Shown one piece after another: positions 1 through 8,910 of a stretch of DNA of 64,000 nucleotides. Position 1 is the stretch's first letter; each line of letters starts with the position of its first letter. Origin of the DNA: Candidatus Freyarchaeum deiterrae (GTDB lineage Archaea; Asgardarchaeota; Jordiarchaeia; Jordiarchaeales; Jordiarchaeaceae); assembly GCA_037305845.1 (NCBI GenBank), contig CP147778.1, forward strand, positions 672,001 to 736,000, in the 5' to 3' direction. The position numbers and the translations under genes were made by a program. The notes beneath the pieces are model-generated. The model was not told the origin of the DNA. It made no database searches and saw only the letters and a list, made by a program, of their open reading frames with translations.

Positions 1-675
1 CTTACCAAGAACCCGTCCAACCTCATCCATACTGGTAAAAAAGTCCATGACGCTCTCCGGTTTCTTGGATATTACCAGAATGTCCAAGTCTCCCACGGTT
101 TCCTTCCGCCTCCTGTAAGAACCCGCGATGGTGACGCGCTCCACAGAGCTGAGCGACCTCAGTTTGTTTTCTAGCTCTCTCGCGATTTGAGCAGCGTACA
201 CTATGGAGACTCTTTCCCTGCTTTTTTTAGCGAATTCCACTCCTTGAAGCAAATTTTTTTCAGTTTTCAGACCGAGTGTTTTGATTCTCCTTATTCTGTG
301 CTCCTTAGCCGCTTTCTCCAGTTCCTCCAAGTTTTTAATTTTCAGCTTATCGTAGAGAAGTTTAACCCTTTTCGGTCCCATCCCCTCAACCATTGTGAGC
401 TCCTCTAAGTTAACAGGATACTTTGACTTGAACTCATCATAAGTTTTCGCGGAGCCTGTTTCAACAACCTCACCAATAATCTCAGCTATCGCCGGGCCTA
501 TTCTAGGAATGCTGCGCAGTTCCCCTCTTCGGTAAATTTCCGTTATTTCCTCCGGCAAGGACTCTATAATCTTAGCCGCATTCTGGAAAGCTCTTACCTT
601 AAACTTGATTTCGTCCTGCATTTCCAAGTAAAAGGCTATTTCCTCCAGTATTCTCGCGATTTCAAAATTCTTCGT
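1..675 (-). CDS. polX: DNA polymerase X family protein (PolX), N-terminal part; runs off the window start
   Basis: Not in ORF track. Manual translation: (T)KNFEIARILEEIAFYLEMQDEIKFKVRAFQNAA...IPRIGPAIA (HhH)...VEGMGPKRVKLLY...IAGSYRRRKETVGDLDIL, the PolX nucleotidyltransferase GS...DxD motif. Start uncertain: ACG at 675 after an SD, or TTG at 705. Confidence 0.9.
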
Positions 676-716
676 AGTAAACCTCTCCTTAACACGATAA
701 GGCAAGTGTAACTGAA

Positions 717-1496
717 CTAGCTCTGACACCTCGGGCAATAATACGAGGTTCTATTACTCATTTTAAGAGTTTCTATAGCACCACCACATCTCGGACATTT
801 TGCGCTCTTCTCTCTGAAAAGGAAAAGAAAGCCTTTCAACAGATTAAAATCCGCGTTTGCATCGATGACCTTTCTTAAAACCTCTTTGGTTTCGAAGAAT
901 ATTCTAACCCTTTCATCTTCATTTAAGTTTATCAACTTTCTATCGGGTCTAACGCCTGCTTGAAAGAGTATCTCATCGGAGTACATGTTGCCGATTCCCG
1001 CGATTATACTTTGATCCATGAGAAAACTCTTAACCATTCTTCTCGGATGCCTACTGCATAATTCCAAGAAATCTTTTTCATCCATTTCCAAAGGCTCAAG
1101 ACCCATGTTTCTAATTGTCTTAACGTCATCAGCGCTCTCCACCAAGTATACCCTCCCAAACCTCCTCTGATCAATTACCCTCAACTCGTAACCGTTAAGA
1201 AAAAGAAACACTAATCGAACATACTTTTCTTCAGGCACACCGGATTTCGTGTAATTCAAGTCACCCGTCATACCAAAGTGAAAAACCAGTTTTAGGGAAT
1301 TAGTATTCAAATTCACGATAAGAAACTTACCCCTTCGGTCTATGGATTCAAAATGTTTACCTATTAACTTTTTTCTGAAATCTTTAATGGATGTTACAAA
1401 AAATTTCTCATCCCGAACCTCTAACTTCTTAATTTCAAGGAGGAGACACTGCTCGATATAAGACTTGAAAGCTTCAACCTCTGGTAATTCAGGCAA
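717..1496 (-). CDS. mutM: Formamidopyrimidine-DNA glycosylase (Fpg/Nei family)
   Basis: N-terminal MPELPEVE, RRGK, HFGMTG, H2TH GIGNMYSDEILF and C-terminal zinc finger CPRCG...YYCPRCQ. Confidence 0.92.
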   Translation of the reverse strand: MPELPEVEAFKSYIEQCLLLEIKKLEVRDEKFFVTSIKDFRKKLIGKHFESIDRRGKFLIVNLNTNSLKLVFHFGMTGDLNYTKSGVPEEKYVRLVFLFLNGYELRVIDQRRFGRVYLVESADDVKTIRNMGLEPLEMDEKDFLELCSRHPRRMVKSFLMDQSIIAGIGNMYSDEILFQAGVRPDRKLINLNEDERVRIFFETKEVLRKVIDANADFNLLKGFLFLFREKSAKCPRCGGAIETLKMSNRTSYYCPRCQS

Positions 1497-1623
1497 ATCA
1501 ATAGCAACCTTCCATGATGGGTAAAAGCGTAGATAATATACTTTTAAGAAGTGATTTCAGGATTTAAGTCTAATTTTTCATTAGGGTGGGAAAATATAAA
1601 AAAAGTTAGTGGTAAGTTAGTGT

Positions 1624-1740
1624 TTATATGACACGGGTGAGGAACAACAACAATATAATGAGAACTACCACTATAAGGCAGATTATCAGAAGCAGTTCAA
1701 CTGTACTCAGACCTCTACTGCGGCTTCTTCTTCTCGGCAT
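1624..1740 (-). CDS. 38-aa membrane peptide with class III (prepilin-like) signal: MPRRRSRSRGLSTVELLLIICLIVVVLIILLLFLTRVI
   Basis: Below ORF-track cutoff. GGAGG SD 8 nt before the ATG; basic leader, G/LSTVE (Glu +5), then a ~20-residue hydrophobic helix. Confidence 0.6.
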   Translation of the reverse strand: MPRRRSRSRGLSTVELLLIICLIVVVLIILLLFLTRVI

Positions 1741-1855
1741 TTGTTTGGCCTCCTTTTCCCTTATTTTAAGTATTATAACGGGCATATAGCATAAAAAGAT
1801 TTTCGCTTAAAAAAAGGGCGGAAAAACTGAATCCTTGATTATGGTGAGGCTGTTG

Positions 1856-2977
1856 TTATTCAAGGCTTTGAGCTACTAGCTCCGTAACATCACAGACTTC
1901 TATTCCATCTCCGGAGACTTTTATTAATTGTCTCTTACAGAAAGGGCAAGTTGTAGTTAAAATTTCAGCCCCGGTTTCTTTAGCTTCTTCCATTCTTCGG
2001 CTTCCAGCTGCGTTCGCTATTTCGGGGTAGGTAGCCTCCATTCCTCCACCGCTTCCACAGCAGTGGGCGTTTTCCCTATTGAATTCCATTTCCACCAACT
2101 TTACCCCGGGAATTTGCTCCAAGAGTTTTCGGGGAGCATCGTAAATTTCCGAGTGTCTTCCCAGATGGCATGAATCGTGGTAGGTTACCAGTTTTTTAAT
2201 TTTTTTATCTAGTTTGATTTTCCCTTCATCCATTAATCTCTGAATATACTCCGATACATGAAGAACTTCGGCGTCTAGAGGAAAACCATGCTCAGGGTAA
2301 TCCTGCTTAAGGGTCTTATAGCATCCAGCACAGGAGCTTATAATTGTTTTAGCCTTCAAACTGTTAATCGTTTTCTGGTTATGTTTCATTAACTCCTCAG
2401 CCTGTTTCCGATAACCAGTTCTGAGAATAGGAGATCCGCAACACCACTCATCATTTAGAATAGTGTAATTAACCTTCGCCTTATCAAGAATCTTCAAGAC
2501 AGCCTCAGCAATCTCGGGATTTCGGTAAGCACTAGTGCAGCCAATAAAGTAAATCACTTCGGGGTTTCCCTTTTCTTTTTCCTTTTTGGCAGCCTTTATC
2601 TTTAAGAAACGCCCCGAGTGAGGCTCACCATAAGGATTATGCTCTTTTTCTACATTTTTCGCAAGCCTATCCGCATTCTCGTTGGCGAAACCCTTCTCAA
2701 CTAGATCCGCGCGCAGTTTTTCGACTACCCTAGGAATATCATATTTTAAGAGACAGTTGGCTTGACATAAACCGCAGGTGGTGCACTGATACATGATATC
2801 AAGTATCTCTTTGGTGGGTTCAAGCTGCCCATTCTCAATATAATAAGCAAGCAAGCATCTACCATAAGGAGTTGCAGACTCAGACTTAGTGATGGTACCC
2901 GAGGTGCAAACATGACGACACATCTTGGCACATGAAGCACAGAATCTTATTTCATCAGCGTACTTTTCTGTTGCCAT
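1856..2977 (-). CDS. Fe-S oxidoreductase, GlpC/GlcF/HdrD-like (4Fe-4S plus two CCG domains)
   Basis: CASCAKMCRHVC and CTTCGLCQANC, YFIGC, WCCG, SCAGC, YHDSCHLGR, HCCGSGGG, TCPFC. Confidence 0.88.
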   Translation of the reverse strand: MATEKYADEIRFCASCAKMCRHVCTSGTITKSESATPYGRCLLAYYIENGQLEPTKEILDIMYQCTTCGLCQANCLLKYDIPRVVEKLRADLVEKGFANENADRLAKNVEKEHNPYGEPHSGRFLKIKAAKKEKEKGNPEVIYFIGCTSAYRNPEIAEAVLKILDKAKVNYTILNDEWCCGSPILRTGYRKQAEELMKHNQKTINSLKAKTIISSCAGCYKTLKQDYPEHGFPLDAEVLHVSEYIQRLMDEGKIKLDKKIKKLVTYHDSCHLGRHSEIYDAPRKLLEQIPGVKLVEMEFNRENAHCCGSGGGMEATYPEIANAAGSRRMEEAKETGAEILTTTCPFCKRQLIKVSGDGIEVCDVTELVAQSLE

Positions 2978-3328
2978 TTACTCCCGTCTCCATGATTTAT
3001 ACTTTTATCCAAATGATAAGAGAATTGTTCCAAATTTAAGAGTTATGATAAAGCAGAACATGATTAAAAACCCGAGAATAAAGGGTACAGTTTTTAATAA
3101 ACTTTAACTCATCTGAGGGCTACTGCCCTTTTGGAGTATTTTTTTATGGTTTAGATGTTGCGTATTAATATGAGAATCTCTTGCTAAAGAAAGCTTGCTA
3201 GTCTGAAGTTTGATTAGTTGGGGTTTCGATTCGTTTGCCGTTAAATCTGTTTTATATTCTTTTATTGAGAATCATCATGTTAGATTTCGAATCTAAAACT
3301 TTATATTTTTTCAAAGCCTTTTATTTAA

Positions 3329-3799
3329 TTGATAATGCATGCATTGATGGAGGATAAAGTAAGTATGTCATTCTCAGATACTGAAAGATTAGAAATTGCA
3401 AGAACTTATTGCCTTGCTGCGATTGTGAACGGTTACCAATTCTCCCAAAAATTGGGGAAAGCGGAAGAATATGCTAAATCTCAGGGTGTTAACGCCGCTC
3501 AAATCGTTAAGAGGATTTTTGGTAAAGACAAAAATTATGCTATGCGCTATCTTCTGATGCTCGGAGTATCCTTGGGTGTTCCTCAGCCCAAAGAAACGAA
3601 GGGAAAAAAATTCGAGGCGGAGTGCAACCCTGACAACTGCGGATACTATCTCACAGCGAGAATTAACGGTGTAACTGATTTCTGTCCCAACTTCTGCGAG
3701 CCCTTCTTGAACACTTATTGTGAAGAGTTTGGCATATCGGTGAAAGTGGAACCACCGAAAAATGGAAAGAACGGAAAAATCGAATTCAAGGTGGGCTAA
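3329..3799 (+). CDS. Hypothetical Cys-rich protein, possibly V4R/ATC-hydrolase-like fold
   Basis: 156-aa ORF; helical N-half followed by ECNPDNCGY...FCPNFCEPF...YC and a terminal beta strand (IEFKV). Fold is inference. Confidence 0.55.
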   Translation: MIMHALMEDKVSMSFSDTERLEIARTYCLAAIVNGYQFSQKLGKAEEYAKSQGVNAAQIVKRIFGKDKNYAMRYLLMLGVSLGVPQPKETKGKKFEAECNPDNCGYYLTARINGVTDFCPNFCEPFLNTYCEEFGISVKVEPPKNGKNGKIEFKVG

Positions 3800-4178
3800 C
3801 ATACCACACGAACTCTAAAAATCAGCTATTTATATTGACTGCTCTGAATCGAGGTATAGACCAAGTTTTTTGGCGTCCGCCCCTCGTTTCCACGTTTTTA
3901 AATAATGCTTCATCAAAAGTTGCACTCAGTAGCATTATATTTGCGAGATAGTAAGGCTGTTTCAGTATCTACTACTTTGCATTAGTTTTCCTATTGAATT
4001 TTTAATCTGGTTTTTCTAGTATGCTTTTTGCTTATGTATTAGTATTTTGGTATGAATGACATAATCTTTATTAATCATTATATTGTTTTACTTTATTTAG
4101 GGAGGTTGACGTTCACAACCAAAATAGCACTGTGTTATATCGTACTCTGATAAGTAACATTATAACGCGAGGAGTGAA

Positions 4179-4808
4179 ATGTTCATGGAAATGGGAGACC
4201 CTATTATTTCTCTTCTAGTTGGTTTGGGCTTGGATGCTCAGGATGCTTCTAATTTGGTCATTCAGTTGGAGTCCTTTTCACCGTTGCATCGTAGGAGGCT
4301 TTTAGAAGATGCGGGGCTTCCTGGTGAAATCCATTCGACTTTGCTACTTTTATTTGATGAGAGAGATAATGCAAAGCGGTCAGAATTGAAAAAAACAGCA
4401 AGGAAATTTGAGAAGCCCGTAGGGGAACAGTTGAAGGGAAAAGTGAAGGAAGGAAAATTAGAAGAATTGAAAAAAATTTCGGGTGAAGAGAAAAAAGTCA
4501 TTAAGCCCTACCGAGTGAAGGAGGAGATTCCGAGCAATGAGCCTGATCAATTGCCGGGATACATTTCATCTAAAAATTACTTCGAAAATAAGGAAATGGT
4601 GGAGAAATGGTTAAGCAGCACAGAACGCAGCTTTAAGGATATGTCGTCAGAGATGCAAGAGGAGACTATATTACGCTATACCCAAGTAAGAACACTCATC
4701 TGCAAAAATAAGGTGGAGATGAGTTCCTCCTGTATAGGATGCCTTATCGGTAGTACAATAGATTGCCCACTCTTCAAAACTCCTAAACTTAAAAGAATGG
4801 CAAAGTGA
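4179..4808 (+). CDS. Hypothetical protein with C-terminal C-x9-C-x2-C-x7-CP motif; paralogue of 4951..5871
   Basis: SD GGAGTGA before start; N- and C-terminal blocks align with the neighbouring ORF. Confidence 0.75.
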   Translation: MFMEMGDPIISLLVGLGLDAQDASNLVIQLESFSPLHRRRLLEDAGLPGEIHSTLLLLFDERDNAKRSELKKTARKFEKPVGEQLKGKVKEGKLEELKKISGEEKKVIKPYRVKEEIPSNEPDQLPGYISSKNYFENKEMVEKWLSSTERSFKDMSSEMQEETILRYTQVRTLICKNKVEMSSSCIGCLIGSTIDCPLFKTPKLKRMAK

Positions 4809-4950
4809 CCGCCTGATATATGCCTGAAAATTTGAATTCTTTTTCTTATGATTCTCACTAATATGTGGAGAATTTTGTCTTATAGCTACATAATTTTTAT
4901 ATAATCACGTTGCATAATTATAACTAAAGATGAAATTATAATCAGACCGG

Positions 4951-5871
4951 GTGAAATTGAAATTGACCAACACGATTGTCGAGGATAAAGAGGTAGGTAA
5001 CGAACCGCTTACCAGATTAGAAATAGCCAGTGTTTGTCTACTAGTTGAATTAGGTATAGACCCCATTGATGCGTATAATTTAATTTATGAACTGAAGGAG
5101 TTTTCACCAGAGTATCATGGAAGGATCCTAGAATGTACAGGACTCTATATCGAAGCCCGTTCCGCTTTACTAAATATACTCAAAGAGATAGATAAAACCA
5201 AACCGTTAGAAAATACGAGAAATCAGGAAACTTTCACAAAGATTCCTTACGGTGGGAAAGCTATAACCAAAGCCAATATCCAAACTGGTGCTGTAGAAAC
5301 GGAGGCATATGGTAATCTTCAACAGGCTGAAAAAACATTTAACAAAAAAGCAGAGAAAATTGAAGTAACCGTGGAGAAACAGCCTGTGGAAAAAGTTGAA
5401 AAAATATTAGAGGAACTACGTAAACTTAAACAGGAACAGGAAACAGTCAGTGTACCACAAGAAGTGAAACAGGAAGCAATCAGTGTACCACAAGAAGTGA
5501 AACAGGAAGCAATCAGTGTACCACAAGAAGTGAAACAGGAAACAGTCAACGTGTCTCAGGACGTGAAAGTGGATATCCCGCCTGCTGAGCAAGTTCCTAT
5601 TCCCGAATCTGCTTCACAAGAGATTGACTTAGATAATAAGGAAGAGATAGAGAAATGGTTGAGAAACACGGAAAGCCGTTTTGAGGAGATGCCTGTAGAA
5701 ATGCAAGAGGAGACTATGTCGCGCTACATTCAATTAAGAACGAACATCTGTAAAGATAAGATGGGGACGGATTCCTCCTGCATAGGATGCCTTATCGGCA
5801 ATACCATTGATTGCCCACTCTTCAACCGAACCTCGAAAAAAAATGGTAAGCCCAAAATTATGAAGCAGTAA
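4951..5871 (+). CDS. Hypothetical protein with C-terminal Cys4 motif and repeat-expanded linker; paralogue of 4179..4808
   Basis: Shares LLVxLGxDxxDAxNL...FSP...RxLExxGL and NKExxEKWL...EMQEETxxRYxQxRTxICKxK...SSCIGCLIGxTIDCPLF. Confidence 0.75.
   Translation: MKLKLTNTIVEDKEVGNEPLTRLEIASVCLLVELGIDPIDAYNLIYELKEFSPEYHGRILECTGLYIEARSALLNILKEIDKTKPLENTRNQETFTKIPYGGKAITKANIQTGAVETEAYGNLQQAEKTFNKKAEKIEVTVEKQPVEKVEKILEELRKLKQEQETVSVPQEVKQEAISVPQEVKQEAISVPQEVKQETVNVSQDVKVDIPPAEQVPIPESASQEIDLDNKEEIEKWLRNTESRFEEMPVEMQEETMSRYIQLRTNICKDKMGTDSSCIGCLIGNTIDCPLFNRTSKKNGKPKIMKQ
5437..5568 (+). repeat. In-frame 33-bp tandem repeat x4 encoding QE(T/A)(V/I)SVPQEVK
   Basis: CAGGAARCARTCAGTGTACCACAAGAAGTGAAA at 5437, 5470 and 5503, with a degenerate copy at 5536. 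Confidence 0.92.
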
Positions 5872-6082
5872 TAAATAAAATGAAAGCGGTTAAAATATCG
5901 AAAACTCCTCTTTCAATTTTTAATTTTAAGCATCAGGAAATTTTGATGCCAGCTCGGATTTAATAGATTACTTTACGAGTTTTAGAAGGGGGTTTGTGTT
6001 TTTTTTAATTATGGATTTTTACGGTTGGTTTTCACTGCTAAAAGAGGTCAGCCCCTTTCCATATTTTCGGGATGGGATTTAC

Positions 6083-7522
6083 CTATTTTGCTTGGAATCC
6101 CATTTTTCCCGGGTTCATTATGTTGTTTGGGTCGATTGCTTTTTTGATTGCTTCTAGGACTTGAAATCCTGCTTCTCCGTACTCTTCTCTCATCCATTTT
6201 GCTTTGAGCAGGCCGACGCCGTGATGATGGGCTATTGATCCGCCTAGCTTGTGGCAGGCTTCTAGGCCGTCGTTCCAGATTTCTGTGTACATTTTAAGGG
6301 CCTTTTCTCTGTCCGGTTCTTGAAATGCGAATATTATGTATATGGAGCCTCCTTCCGCGTAGAAGTGGGAGAAGTGGCACATTATGAATACTCCGGGGTG
6401 TTTATCCATTATAGCTTTCTTGACGTTGTAGTAGAGGTCTTCGAGTCTATCCCAGGTTGTTACCACGTCTATTGTGTCTGCGACTAATCCCATTTTCGCT
6501 CGGTCGGGTTGTGGGAAGTACATGTCGTATCTGTGGTCCCACCAGAACTCGGCTAGCTCCTTATCTACCCCTTTGCCTTCGTTTTTGATGCAGATTTCTG
6601 TTATCATTTTTTCCTCAAAGTCTACGAGTTCTTTTACTCCATCTGAGGCTAGGATTAGGTAGCATCCTCCGGGGGGTAGTTGAACCTTACCCTTTAGTGT
6701 GAATACTGTGTCCAGTTCATCGTATAGTCTTATGACTGCGGGTTTTAGCCCTTTTCTAAAGATTTCTCTTATGGTCTCCAGTCCTGTTCGTAGATCCTTC
6801 ATTATGAATGCTCGGAATCGCCTCTCCTCGGGTAGGGGATGTAATCTCAGGGTTACCTCGGTTATTACTCCTAGCGTTCCCTCGGATCCTATGAAAAGCT
6901 GATTTAGGCTGGGCCCGGTTGAGGTTCTGGGGGTGGTTTTGGTGCGCATGATTTCTCCGTTTGGTAGGACTACCTCCATTGAGATTACCATGTCCTCCAT
7001 TTTGCCGTACTTGGAGGAAAGGGAGCCCGCTGAGCGGCAGGCGACAAAACCTCCCAGACAGGAACAGAACATGGATGCGGGAAAGTGTCCCGTGGTGAAG
7101 CCCCGCTTGTTTAGTTCCCTCTCCAGATCTTCCCCTAGTATTCCTGGTTGAACAGTTGCTGTAGCAGATTTTTCGTCTACTCTCAGAATTTTGTCCATTT
7201 TTTTGACGTCGAGTATTATTCCTCCCTGAATGGGTATAATTTGCCCGCAGGCTCCAGCTCCTCCCGCAAATGGGATAACTGGAACATTTTTTGTGTTGGC
7301 CAGTTGCAAAACTTTTGCTATTTGTTCCTTGTTTTCAACATGGACGATGAAGTCTGGTGTGGGCAGTTTTCTACCCAAATCAATCCACATCAAAACCATG
7401 GGCCACGCATCCCTTGAGTAGGATATTTTATCAACTTGAGATACGGAAACATTATCGACTCCAACGATTTTCACAAGCTCGTCATAAATTATACTTTTCA
7501 CAAAATCCAAGTTTTCCTTCAT
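6083..7522 (-). CDS. FAD-linked oxidoreductase (VAO/PCMH family), alkyl-dihydroxyacetonephosphate synthase-like
   Basis: PFAGGAG, GHFPAS...LGGFVACRSAG..S.KYG.MEDMV, GSEGTLGVITE, HFSHFY, HHHGVG, DPNNIMNPGK. Confidence 0.85.
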   Translation of the reverse strand: MKENLDFVKSIIYDELVKIVGVDNVSVSQVDKISYSRDAWPMVLMWIDLGRKLPTPDFIVHVENKEQIAKVLQLANTKNVPVIPFAGGAGACGQIIPIQGGIILDVKKMDKILRVDEKSATATVQPGILGEDLERELNKRGFTTGHFPASMFCSCLGGFVACRSAGSLSSKYGKMEDMVISMEVVLPNGEIMRTKTTPRTSTGPSLNQLFIGSEGTLGVITEVTLRLHPLPEERRFRAFIMKDLRTGLETIREIFRKGLKPAVIRLYDELDTVFTLKGKVQLPPGGCYLILASDGVKELVDFEEKMITEICIKNEGKGVDKELAEFWWDHRYDMYFPQPDRAKMGLVADTIDVVTTWDRLEDLYYNVKKAIMDKHPGVFIMCHFSHFYAEGGSIYIIFAFQEPDREKALKMYTEIWNDGLEACHKLGGSIAHHHGVGLLKAKWMREEYGEAGFQVLEAIKKAIDPNNIMNPGKMGFQAK

Positions 7523-7664
7523 TCTAATTCACCCATTCTCCAAATCGACTCATATTCTTCTTTAATATAAATAATAATATTATAATTAATCAGAGATTTA
7601 TCGGGAAGAGGAATAAAGGGTATAAGAAAAGTGTTATTTTTGTTTTTTCTTTTTAAGTTACGGT

Positions 7665-8888
7665 TTAGGCCTCGTATAATCTTTTCGCTAGAAAGACTGT
7701 GTAGTCAAGGGCTCCGGTATTGGCTTTCTTTTTGAATAGGGCTTGGTCTAACTGTACTAAACAGAGGGGGCAGGGAGTTACAACTGTTTGGGCACCAGAT
7801 TTTTGAATGCCCTCTATTTCTTTTTTAACAATCGCTTTTGATATTTGGGGATTATACAGGTTTAGTAGTCCACCAGCGCCGCAGCATCTTCCCGGGTCTT
7901 CCAGTTTTTTTAAATCCACGTTTGGCAGCATTTCCAGAATTTCTTCAGCATAATCTGTAGTGTATTTGCCCAAGTGTCTATCTAAGTGGCATGGTGAGTG
8001 TATGGTTACACTTACCTGTTCTGGATGATTTTGGAGCAGCTTTTTGAATTTTTCTTCCCCAATATCCTCGATAATGTATTCTATTATATGTTTCACTTTA
8101 AAGTCAGCATTATTTCTTTGTCTTATATCTTCAAGGGTGGCGGTGCAACCCGCACAGGTGGTAACAACCGTTTTTACGCCTAATTTTTTTACTTTTTCAA
8201 TGAAGTCTTTTTCCAGCTTATCAACCGTTTCCGAGTCACCCATTAGAATTGAGGGAAGACCACAGCACTTTAGGTCGGGGAGTAAGGTGTAATCGGCTCC
8301 CAGTTTTTCCAGCACCAGTTTGGCACTCTCTCTTATTTCTGGGAGAAGATTATCCGCCTGACAGCCCGGAAAATAGAGAACCTCAGCACTGGATTTAACC
8401 TTGTCCGGCACGTAGGGAAGACCCAGTATTTCAAGCCTCCCTTTGGCACTCTCGACTCTTGCATCTTCATCCATTGGTTCAAATGCTAAGCCGTACTTCT
8501 GTAAGTTTTCAAACATAGTCTCAAAGCTTTTGGGAACCAGTTCTCTTCTCTGCTGGAACAGTTTTGACCGGATTAGGCTTACCACTTTTGGTACCGGCAC
8601 GTTTTTTGGGCAGATTTCTTGGCAGCGTCCACACTCTGTGCAATAGTACACTACGTCTTTCGCTTTCCAGAATTCTCTCACGGTTCGCGAGAGTTCGCTG
8701 GTTATGCTTCTGGGACCAGGGTAGGATTCGTGTTGAAGAACTTCCAGGATTGGGCAAACTGTTAAGCATAATCCGCAGTTTTGACAGGCTTCAACTTTTC
8801 TGCATATCTCATTCTCTTCTGGTTCTATCAGCGTTATGTCTTCTTCCTTCATTACGCCCTCTATTTGTTTCATCTCTTTTTCAGGCAT
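7665..8888 (-). CDS. glpC: Anaerobic glycerol-3-phosphate dehydrogenase subunit C-like Fe-S protein
   Basis: CQNCGLCLTVCP, CTECGRCQEICP and two CCG domains; directly downstream of glpAB. Confidence 0.8.
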   Translation of the reverse strand: MPEKEMKQIEGVMKEEDITLIEPEENEICRKVEACQNCGLCLTVCPILEVLQHESYPGPRSITSELSRTVREFWKAKDVVYYCTECGRCQEICPKNVPVPKVVSLIRSKLFQQRRELVPKSFETMFENLQKYGLAFEPMDEDARVESAKGRLEILGLPYVPDKVKSSAEVLYFPGCQADNLLPEIRESAKLVLEKLGADYTLLPDLKCCGLPSILMGDSETVDKLEKDFIEKVKKLGVKTVVTTCAGCTATLEDIRQRNNADFKVKHIIEYIIEDIGEEKFKKLLQNHPEQVSVTIHSPCHLDRHLGKYTTDYAEEILEMLPNVDLKKLEDPGRCCGAGGLLNLYNPQISKAIVKKEIEGIQKSGAQTVVTPCPLCLVQLDQALFKKKANTGALDYTVFLAKRLYEA

Positions 8889-8910
8889 TCTTTTTCTCCT
8901 CCTAAACCAA

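Noticed and set aside
5437-5568. 33-bp repeats as a mini-CRISPR
   Set aside because: Head-to-tail with no spacers, and in frame within a CDS
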